Source: Candidatus Woesearchaeota archaeon | Lineage (GTDB): Archaea > Nanobdellota > Nanobdellia > Pacearchaeales > GW2011-AR1 | Length of the DNA stretch: 49,034 nucleotides | NCBI GenBank assembly: GCA_964554415.1 | Contig: CAZKON010000001.1 | Location: 1-49,034 of the forward strand | Direction of reading: 5' to 3' | Shown here: positions 35,858 through 43,398 of the stretch, piece by piece | How positions within the stretch are numbered: the first letter of the stretch is position 1 | Layout of the letters: every line of letters starts with the position of its first letter | Program-made: the position numbers and the translations under genes | The notes under the pieces: model-generated | What the model saw: only the letters and a program-made list of their open reading frames with translations | Told to the model about the DNA's origin: nothing | Database searches by the model: none

Positions 35858-37747
35858 TCATGTCTCTGCCTCCCGCTCTGCAGAAACTCTCCTGCAGGCA
35901 AGTTTCGGGCTTACCCACGCAGCTGTTGCACCGCACTGGCGGGGAGCGATGGAGATTCCTTTTCCTCGGAGATAATGATAAATTTCTTTAGATTTAAATC
36001 CCACTGTTCTCAGTTGGCGTATCTCCTCTTTGACCTGTTCGGGCAGTGCATCGCATTTTTTCTTCTTGGGGGGAGGTACACTTTCAACAAGAGAGGTTGC
36101 GTCGCGTACATTTTGATAGTACATATCTATAACATGGGAAGTGACGGGTTTTTTCTGCATGATGCGAGCCCGAAGCTCATCAAAAAAAGCGTAGAAACGC
36201 GTTTCTTCAAGTGGTATCTGCAGGTTTTCCTGAAACCTGCTGCGCATAAAAGCTTTTTCAATTTTCTGTCGTTTATCTTCAGGAAGCGGTGCAAGCACAT
36301 CGTTCACAAAAAAGTCAATCGCTTTCTGATGCGTTCTCGGAAGTTGTGTGGTGAACTCTTGGGGAAGATAACCGATACGCTTGGGAAGGTCTTCTTTTAG
36401 AACATTGTTCTTTCCCTGCTGCGCATTTTCCTGAAAGACATTATTTCTTTCAGAAACAACAAGTTCATTACGCGGAGCAAGAACATGCTCTAATTCATTC
36501 ACATGCGCCCCAAGAACCTCATCATAGATGCGCCAAAACTTCTTTCCACTTCCCTGCAGGAAAAGGCCTCCTTTACGATAATGGACCATAGGGTCATTAC
36601 TCTTTGCAAACATGATGCTTTCACGTTCAGTTAGCGGGCGCAATCTCCCTGGTTCTTGTGCAATCTCGCTCTTCTCTCCAAGCGTGATGCGTAGCATTTG
36701 TGTTTCTTCCCCACTGTCAATCCAGGCAGTAAGATGTGAAATCTGCGAACGGAGATTCTCAGCATACAAGAAGTCATACAACATCGGACTTCCGGTATCA
36801 GATACGTATCTTCCTTTCATAAAATCCTTGATAAAATACGGCCTTCGTAATTGAAGAATCTCCCAGAGCGCATGGAGGCAATTCTGTTTTGCTGCATCAT
36901 GTGGAAATGACTGATGAAATACTCTCATGATATGCATATTCCTCACAGCAGCAATAGAAAGAACAGAAAGATAATGCTTTAAAGGATTTTCTCGAATAAC
37001 GTCGAAGGAAGGAATGCTTCCCTTATCAATGGAACGCAGGTAGGTATGCAAGAAAGGATCTCTCACAAGATCATCAAGTGTTTCTTGGACCGTGTTCGCG
37101 CTCAGCATATAACGCAATCGCGATGTAATACTCTTATCTCTCGTATCATCTAAACTCTGACAGCGCCAAAAATCGTTGCCAGCACTGAGTACACTCGCAA
37201 TGTTTTCCATTTCTTCTCTCTGGTTTGTTCGCGCTATCCTTGCGATTTCGCCAACATCTCCTCCTTTTTCAAAGAAGTCAATTGTTTTCTGATATTCTCC
37301 CTGTCTTTCTTTGCTTTCCCTTGAGCCATAAAAATTCGTCCCCATGATGCATCGGTTTTTCATGCGCTCGTTGAAAAAGACAGTTTTAAGGGTTTCCATC
37401 TCATCCTCTCCAAACTGTGACTTGAAATCAAGATTGATGATATCAAAACGTGGGGTGTTTTTAAGAGAGAAAAACGAAAGCGCAGAGCTTTCATGAACAT
37501 CAATTCCAAGCTTACGCTGGCGAAGTTCTTGTGCAGCTTCTGCATCCTGTTCAATACCATAAATGCGTGTCGGCTTGATTCCTAAAGGAAGATAGACTTC
37601 ACTCACTTCAAGACCTTCATGCCCTGGAAGACATGCAACGCGCAAATTACAGCGCTCAATTTCTGTTGGGTAATGCTTTTCGATAAAGCTTTTTAGTTGC
37701 GCGCGATACAGCCGCTTTGCTTCAAAGTCATAGGTGTCTTTTCTCAT
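35858..37747 (-). CDS. Island protein: Rossmann methyltransferase-like N-domain, large unknown middle, C-terminal HTH-like module
   Basis: 629 aa. LRVACLPG...YGIEQD...FDIINLDFKSQFG resembles SAM-MTase motifs I/II/IV (compare Trm1 D-L-D-P-F-G). Paralogous to the upstream 474-aa protein (shared TNFYGSRES, TGSPML-DF). The C-terminal ALPEQVKEEIRQLRTVGFKSKEIYHYLRGKGISIAPRQCGATAAW (35900..36049) is the shared module. Confidence 0.55.
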   Translation of the reverse strand: MRKDTYDFEAKRLYRAQLKSFIEKHYPTEIERCNLRVACLPGHEGLEVSEVYLPLGIKPTRIYGIEQDAEAAQELRQRKLGIDVHESSALSFFSLKNTPRFDIINLDFKSQFGEDEMETLKTVFFNERMKNRCIMGTNFYGSRESKERQGEYQKTIDFFEKGGDVGEIARIARTNQREEMENIASVLSAGNDFWRCQSLDDTRDKSITSRLRYMLSANTVQETLDDLVRDPFLHTYLRSIDKGSIPSFDVIRENPLKHYLSVLSIAAVRNMHIMRVFHQSFPHDAAKQNCLHALWEILQLRRPYFIKDFMKGRYVSDTGSPMLYDFLYAENLRSQISHLTAWIDSGEETQMLRITLGEKSEIAQEPGRLRPLTERESIMFAKSNDPMVHYRKGGLFLQGSGKKFWRIYDEVLGAHVNELEHVLAPRNELVVSERNNVFQENAQQGKNNVLKEDLPKRIGYLPQEFTTQLPRTHQKAIDFFVNDVLAPLPEDKRQKIEKAFMRSRFQENLQIPLEETRFYAFFDELRARIMQKKPVTSHVIDMYYQNVRDATSLVESVPPPKKKKCDALPEQVKEEIRQLRTVGFKSKEIYHYLRGKGISIAPRQCGATAAWVSPKLACRRVSAEREAET

Positions 37748-39168
37748 GATATTGCCTCCTGCAATTTCTTATCCTGCATCGTTACCCACGCTTTATAAGA
37801 ACCGAGCTGGCGTGACGAGATGTTATAGGTGTCACAAAGCTCTGCATCACTGACACTGCCGTCGCGAAGCCATGTGTAGATTTCTGCTTTTTCCGCTGGA
37901 GAAGGCTCGTGAAGCTCTCGTGTCGAAGGCTCTCCATTGTAACCACAAGATAATTCTGGAACAAGCTCAATGCGCGGAGTCATTCGAATAGAGGCTGTTC
38001 TGTAGAAGTCTATTTCTACTTTAAAGATTTGATCGAGAAGGTGCCCATAATCCATCCTTGCTGGGTTAAAAATAAGTTGCAGCTCTTTGGGATTGTATTG
38101 AAGAATACCCTGCGCAGCCATAGTGAGTCTCCTCGGCAGAGGCTGAAAGAGAAAGAAGTCTGCAAGCATCGGACTGCCCGTATTGCTCGTGTAAGCATAA
38201 CGCTCCAGAGTTTTCGGAAGATATGATTTTTGTGATTCCATACAGAGGATTCCGAAAAGTGCCCGTGCGCTTTCTGGATCCATCCAAGTATGAAGCTTGC
38301 GCTCCAATTCGGCTCTGCGGAGTCTGTAATATGCCTGCTCTGCAGGATGCATATCTTCAAGAAGGTCTCGATTTCTTGCATCAGAAAAGCTGTTCATTTC
38401 GTGAAGATGATTCAATAATTGTTCTTTAGACATTTCGTTGAGCTCAGAAGCAACGGCGTCGAGTACTTTCGTGCGATGAGGATCTTCAGAAAAGAAGTGC
38501 TTTCTTATGGGGCGATTGATAGTCCCCCCAGAGAAAATGTTGACGATCTCGGCAGTTATGCCGTCTCTCAATCGTTCAGGCCTCGCTTCTTGTGAAAGCC
38601 GCCTTACTATCTCTGCGGAGTTTTGCCTGATATCTTCGGGAGACTTGTCAAGTGCTTGCATAGCTTCTCTATGGGAATCAAGCGCAAGAATACGCCCTAC
38701 AAGCAATTTCTTCATAGATTCACTTTCGCGCGAGCCATAATAGTTCGTAGCTAAAATGCCATGATGACTCAATAATTGTCGAGAAGCAATATACTCTAAC
38801 GTAAGACACTCTTCAAGTGTCTGTTGCCCTTTATAATCCAAGCTGATGACATCAAACTCCTTCGGCGTTTCGCGCAGGAAATAGTCAGAGGCATCTCTTT
38901 CGACAACTTCGATTCCCAGATTCGCAGCGCGCAGGCGCTGCGCAGGCTCTGCTTCTCGTTCAAGACCAATAATGTTCTGCGGCAGAATACCAAGAGGCAG
39001 ATATACTTCTCGAACTTCAAGTGCTTCTTCTCCTTCCTGCTCTGCGCCGGGGAAGCACGCGACTCTCAACGAAGATGCTCTTCGATATGGAAGAATATTT
39101 TTCTGAACAAATTCTCTTAACTTAATGCGCCAGAGCTGCTTTGCGGGATCGTTATAGGTCTTGCTCAT
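37744..39168 (-). CDS. Island protein: paralogous methyltransferase-like N-domain plus C-terminal HTH-like module
   Basis: 474 aa. LRVACFPG...IGLERE...FDVISLDYKGQ, TNYYGSRES, TGSPMLADF. C-terminal AEKAEIYTWLRDGSVSDAELCDTYNISSRQLGSYKAW. Its stop overlaps the next start (ATGA at 37744..37747). GGAG 9 nt upstream of the ATG. Confidence 0.55.
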   Translation of the reverse strand: MSKTYNDPAKQLWRIKLREFVQKNILPYRRASSLRVACFPGAEQEGEEALEVREVYLPLGILPQNIIGLEREAEPAQRLRAANLGIEVVERDASDYFLRETPKEFDVISLDYKGQQTLEECLTLEYIASRQLLSHHGILATNYYGSRESESMKKLLVGRILALDSHREAMQALDKSPEDIRQNSAEIVRRLSQEARPERLRDGITAEIVNIFSGGTINRPIRKHFFSEDPHRTKVLDAVASELNEMSKEQLLNHLHEMNSFSDARNRDLLEDMHPAEQAYYRLRRAELERKLHTWMDPESARALFGILCMESQKSYLPKTLERYAYTSNTGSPMLADFFLFQPLPRRLTMAAQGILQYNPKELQLIFNPARMDYGHLLDQIFKVEIDFYRTASIRMTPRIELVPELSCGYNGEPSTRELHEPSPAEKAEIYTWLRDGSVSDAELCDTYNISSRQLGSYKAWVTMQDKKLQEAIS

Positions 39169-39202
39169 AGAAGTGCTCCTAAACGGTTTTCATATTTTGT
39201 TG

Positions 39203-39315
39203 TCAAGAACCCACGGACCGAAGTCCGGGACGTGTTCGGGTTCTTGAGCACGCTCAAGAATTCAATTTGCTTACTCACCTCTAAAGTAACGAGTTTGCGC
39301 AAATTAAATTCTTGA
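39203..39315. promoter_or_regulatory. Palindrome cluster (putative operators) in the divergent island control region
   Basis: TCAAGAA/TTCTTGA occurs four times in alternating orientation (39203, 39241, 39254, 39309). These build three inverted repeats: caagaaccc/gggttcttg (39204..39212 / 39238..39246), ttcttgag/ctcaagaa (39241..39248 / 39253..39260), and a 15-bp pair with one mismatch (39256..39270 / 39299..39313). Confidence 0.5.
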
Positions 39316-39422
39316 CGTATCATAGAAAGTGAGTACCGTTGACCTTTTTAAATCTTCCTTAGTATCTACTTTTTAGGTACTACAAAAGAAAGATTTATAA
39401 ACGCCGGTTGTCGGGGAAGAGG

Positions 39423-39887
39423 ATGGATTACAAGAAGTTTTTTGAAAGGAAGACGCAGGATGTTGCTCAGGAACTGCTTGGCAGAATAGTGGTTAGAAAA
39501 TTAGAGTCAGGCATATTTGCTGCGGAGATTACTGAAACAGGAGCGTATGTTGGTTTAGGGAACGATGTTCACGAAGATGCGCGCAAGGGAATGTTTTATA
39601 CTGCAGGGCACATTTTCCTGATGCCTTTCAGAGGATCTCAACTGTTTAATATTGCAAGCGGTGCAGGTAGCCCTGCGTGTGTCGAAATTCGAGAAGTGTG
39701 TGGTGAACGGCGCGTAGCAGGTTCTGGGGCAATTGCAAACTTTCTCAAACTTACTGCAAATATGAACAACATGCCATTGGGAGAGAAGTCAGGAGTGTAT
39801 ATCTCAGATGATTCTTATCGCACAGGAAAAGTCTCACGTTCCGAGGGGCAGGCGGATAACTGCAAAGGATTCTATTCCTTTGCGTAG
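39423..39887 (+). CDS. 3-methyladenine DNA glycosylase (AAG/MPG, Pur_DNA_glyco) homologue, short and divergent
   Basis: FFERKTQDVAQELLGRIVVRK...AAEITETGAYVG...MFYTAGHIFLMPFRGSQLFNIAS...CVEIREV...GSGAIANFLKL follows the AAG family pattern. The track start is a TTG at 39408. The ATG at 39423 sits about 25 nt downstream of tttataa (39394..39400). Confidence 0.65.
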   Translation: MDYKKFFERKTQDVAQELLGRIVVRKLESGIFAAEITETGAYVGLGNDVHEDARKGMFYTAGHIFLMPFRGSQLFNIASGAGSPACVEIREVCGERRVAGSGAIANFLKLTANMNNMPLGEKSGVYISDDSYRTGKVSRSEGQADNCKGFYSFA

Positions 39888-39895
39888 GGTGCATC

Positions 39896-42235
39896 ATGGT
39901 TTATGAATTGCGCCCGTACCAACTGCAGGCAGTCTACAAGCAGCTGACTGATAAAAGGATTATTCTCGCAGATGACATGAGCATGGGCAAATGTTTAGAA
40001 ACCATTGCTGCAAAACCCTTGATTGACGAAGAGATAGGATACCGCCCATCGTTGATTGTTTCTCCGTTGGCAGTCATTCCCCACTGGAATGAAGAAATTC
40101 AAAAATGGCATTACAAAGGCGCAAAAACTTCTATTGTACATATCTCCATCAGAGACATGGTTGAAGATATCAAAAGAGCAGAAGGTGCTGAGTTTGTGCT
40201 CACTTCGTATCCTTTCTTATCCGAAGTAGGAAAACGCCCTGAAGCTCTCGATGCTTTGCTTCGTCTGAATTTCGGACAGGGAGTGTTAGATGAAGGCCAT
40301 CTTACCAGCAATCCAGAATCATTGCGCACACAGTCAGCAAGGGCATTGTTTCACCGCATTCCTTTCCTGACGATTCTCACAGGTACGCCTATCCCCAACA
40401 CTTTGATTGACATCTATTCACAACTTAATTTGATTGACAGAGAAGCATTTCCAATAGAGGAAGGGAATGAAAATACTATGGTTGAAAGTTTTTATGAGAT
40501 TATCCGCACCAAGCCGCATCTGGTCAGGGACATTCTGCATAGCCGCATGCTCCGCCGCACCGCAGAAGAGTACCTTGGAAAAAAGATGCCTCTCCTCATT
40601 CAGGAAACGTTGGAGATACAGTTAACAGGAGAGCATGAAAATGTTTACGAATCAATCTATGAAAACGACGACATCCTCGTCTCTTCAAAATTAGATGAAT
40701 TAAGAAAAGTCTCAATTGAGCCTAATCTTGCAAACCCACGGTTCCTTCCTGAATCTCTGCAGCATCGCTTAGGAAAAATGAGTTCCTGCACGCTTACAAA
40801 AATGAAAGAGCGCGTTCACAACATTATCACAAAAGACAAAGGAAAAGTCCTTTGTTTTTCAGACCTTCGCGAAGGGGTTTTTCCTGTCGTTCAAAAGCTC
40901 TTTCAGGAATACGGCGTTGTTGCTGTCAACAAAGATGTTTCTCCTCACGCGGCTCCGGGGAAGACAGCTCCGCGGGAAGATGCGCGCAAAAAGTTTCAGT
41001 TTAACTCTTGCTATAACTTCATGATTTCAACGAATGTCATGGATGTGGGTGTGGATTTGACAGGAGCAACTCATGAGATTCATCTTACGCTGCCGTTTAT
41101 GCCTTCTTCACTTGACCAGCGCATCAGCAGGATGGTAAGAGTGACTGCAGAAATCGAGAAAAATGAGGCAACATCTATTATTCTCAATCCTGTAATGAGC
41201 AATGGCGCCCCGACAATCACTGAAGGTGTCATGCAGCTCCTTGACGATAAACGGAGGATTATCAGGTACATCTTAGAATCTCCTGAAAAGCTCACGCGCG
41301 AAGATTTAGAGGCGATTAAAAACGGACATCCAGAAAAATCTTCTAGACTTGCAGGCTTTCTCAGTAAAAAATCAAGGATGGATATCCATCTTGGTACATT
41401 GCGGGGCATGGGTGGGGCAAGGATTCTTTCAGATTATGAAGAAGATCCTTCGACTGCGCAAAATTTGGCTTCTACATATGTCAAATACTGGGAAGGCTAT
41501 TATGGAGGAAATACTGCTACATTAACCCAAACAGTTATTCACCAGCTCTTAGGCAAAGACTTGCGGGACCGCTCTTTTGTTGACATCTGTTCAGGACCTT
41601 TCTCACTTTCACGCCGTTTACAGGTTCCTGTCACAAATCTCGATTTGAACCACTACATGCTCGAGGCAGGAAAAGCGCTTGAACAACAAGGCATCGTTCC
41701 AGAGGGCAATATCGTTCATCAGGGGCTTGCAAATAACCTTCCTTTTACCGATAACAAGTTTGAGCTTGCAAATTGCTCTCTTGCACTGCATATGTCAACG
41801 CTTGCAGATGTTGTCGGCAATGGAAGAAGCGAGCGCGAAGAGATTTTTCGAGAGGCACATCGGGTCTCCAAGGAGTTTTATGTATTTACCATGCCTCCCA
41901 GTGTCATCCGCAGAAGCGACCTGCCAACTTTCAAATTAGGATTAGAGCACATGGGCTGGGATATTCTGCCGCAGACAGGGTATTATCGCGGGACAGGAGA
42001 TTCTAAATTCAAGGTGTTTTTATGCGCATTGCAAAAAAGGGATAGCGGCAATGCAGAACCTGTTCCGGAAGAGCTTCTGCACTGGACTCTCGATGACAAA
42101 ATCAGAAACACGCGAAAAGGTAGGACAAGCTCTCCAAGAAAGGGTGGAATACCACGAAAGAAGAAAGACAAGTTTGAGCTCGTTTCAGGGTTTGTTCAGG
42201 AAGATTCAGGAATGGTTGTGGGAGGTGGAGCATGA
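39896..42235 (+). CDS. SNF2-family ATPase fused to a C-terminal class I SAM-dependent methyltransferase
   Basis: 779 aa. LRPYQ, motif I LADDMSMGKC (Cys codon 39992..39994), motif II LDEGH, motif III LTGTP, motif V STNVMDVGVDLTGA, motif VI QRISRMVRV. The MTase part has motif I VDICSGPFS (41579..41602), NLDLN, and LPFTDNKFELANCSLALHM (Methyltransf_11-like). Basic tail. Confidence 0.8.
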   Translation: MVYELRPYQLQAVYKQLTDKRIILADDMSMGKCLETIAAKPLIDEEIGYRPSLIVSPLAVIPHWNEEIQKWHYKGAKTSIVHISIRDMVEDIKRAEGAEFVLTSYPFLSEVGKRPEALDALLRLNFGQGVLDEGHLTSNPESLRTQSARALFHRIPFLTILTGTPIPNTLIDIYSQLNLIDREAFPIEEGNENTMVESFYEIIRTKPHLVRDILHSRMLRRTAEEYLGKKMPLLIQETLEIQLTGEHENVYESIYENDDILVSSKLDELRKVSIEPNLANPRFLPESLQHRLGKMSSCTLTKMKERVHNIITKDKGKVLCFSDLREGVFPVVQKLFQEYGVVAVNKDVSPHAAPGKTAPREDARKKFQFNSCYNFMISTNVMDVGVDLTGATHEIHLTLPFMPSSLDQRISRMVRVTAEIEKNEATSIILNPVMSNGAPTITEGVMQLLDDKRRIIRYILESPEKLTREDLEAIKNGHPEKSSRLAGFLSKKSRMDIHLGTLRGMGGARILSDYEEDPSTAQNLASTYVKYWEGYYGGNTATLTQTVIHQLLGKDLRDRSFVDICSGPFSLSRRLQVPVTNLDLNHYMLEAGKALEQQGIVPEGNIVHQGLANNLPFTDNKFELANCSLALHMSTLADVVGNGRSEREEIFREAHRVSKEFYVFTMPPSVIRRSDLPTFKLGLEHMGWDILPQTGYYRGTGDSKFKVFLCALQKRDSGNAEPVPEELLHWTLDDKIRNTRKGRTSSPRKGGIPRKKKDKFELVSGFVQEDSGMVVGGGA

Positions 42236-43377
42236 GCGCTGATATTCCTGAATCAGTTAAAGAAGAAATCCGCAAATTGAGAAAACAAGGTCTAAGAGTG
42301 AGAGAAATCTATGATATCACGAAAGGAAAATGCCCTTCTATGAACATTAAACAATGCGGCTCTATCGCAGCATGGATAAAAGAAAGCCTTGCACAAAAGA
42401 GAAAATCCAAGAATGCACGAGTAGTACAGAGCAACGGCTCCTCTCCGGCAGCAACGTATAAAAATGTCAGCAACATAGCAGAAAAAAGAACAAAAGCCAT
42501 GAACGAAAACAGGGAAATAACATCTAAAGCATCGCCTCTCGAAGCAGTTGCACAGGAAAAACCGACGTGGGCAGGCAATGAAGGGCCGATAATTACTAAA
42601 GCAGAGGCGATTCATATGCTTTCACAAGGATACGATCCGGGAAAAATGGCAGGATATTACAAAGGGTTTACAGAAGGAGAATTAGTTGCATTTAGCGCCC
42701 ATATAAATATGGGTACTTATAAAAACAATCCTGCGCTTCTCGAAGGCAACGGCAAAAAAAGGGGAAATGGTGAAAGCAAACCTATCCACAAGAAAGAGGA
42801 TTTTATTCCTTTCGTAGCGAAGAATGGACTTGCTCGCGACATGTCTCTGCTTGCTCTGACTCTTAGCGCAGATGGCGGGCAGATAGAAGAAGCAATTATG
42901 GAACTCTATCACGGAAAATTCAAGAGCAAGGACGAACTGCACGAACTATTAAAAGAGACGAAGGAAGATATTGCCAAGATTATTGAAGAAGGAGTCACGA
43001 ATCTCGGCGCATTTATGGGGGATTATACACTGTTCGACCGCCGCATGGCTCCGATTATCTTAGGTGGAGTAGCGAATGCAATTCCTCTGGATAAAGCAAC
43101 ACCTTCACTTGAAAAGATGCTGCTGCGCGTCGCGCACGGGCTATGGGATCCTGCATTTAACAGAGACACGCGAGGAACAATCGCAGATTTAACAAAAAAA
43201 GCAGAGAAGAGCGTTAACCTTGCCCAGGGAATGTATGCCTCTCTGGTAAGGCATTATCAGGCAACGCTTACAATAGAGGAAAATCTGAAAAAGTACGAAG
43301 CAGCGTGGAATGCCCAAAACACTAAAGTTGAAACAGATGGCTCTGCAAGCATGGCAATGTCAAGAAAAAGCGCATAA
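42232..43377 (+). CDS. Island protein with an N-terminal HTH-like module; rest unknown
   Basis: 381 aa. N-terminal IPESVKEEIRKLRKQGLRVREIYDITKGKCPSMNIKQCGSIAAW is about half identical to the C-terminus of the 629-aa protein. ATGA overlap with the SNF2-MTase stop (42232..42235). Confidence 0.55.
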   Translation: MSADIPESVKEEIRKLRKQGLRVREIYDITKGKCPSMNIKQCGSIAAWIKESLAQKRKSKNARVVQSNGSSPAATYKNVSNIAEKRTKAMNENREITSKASPLEAVAQEKPTWAGNEGPIITKAEAIHMLSQGYDPGKMAGYYKGFTEGELVAFSAHINMGTYKNNPALLEGNGKKRGNGESKPIHKKEDFIPFVAKNGLARDMSLLALTLSADGGQIEEAIMELYHGKFKSKDELHELLKETKEDIAKIIEEGVTNLGAFMGDYTLFDRRMAPIILGGVANAIPLDKATPSLEKMLLRVAHGLWDPAFNRDTRGTIADLTKKAEKSVNLAQGMYASLVRHYQATLTIEENLKKYEAAWNAQNTKVETDGSASMAMSRKSA

Positions 43378-43378
43378 A

Positions 43379-43394
43379 TCTCTTTTTTGTTTTT
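43379..43394 (+). terminator. T-rich tract ending the plus-strand island operon
   Basis: tctcttttttgttttt lies in the 21-nt gap between the convergent stops (43377 and 43399). Confidence 0.4.
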
Positions 43395-43398
43395 ATTG

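Noticed and set aside
35858-43377. Interpreting the island as a prophage or integrated plasmid
   Set aside because: It has no integrase, capsid, terminase, replication or partition genes, no flanking tRNA and no clear direct repeats at both borders. Mobile origin remains possible but is not supported by gene content.
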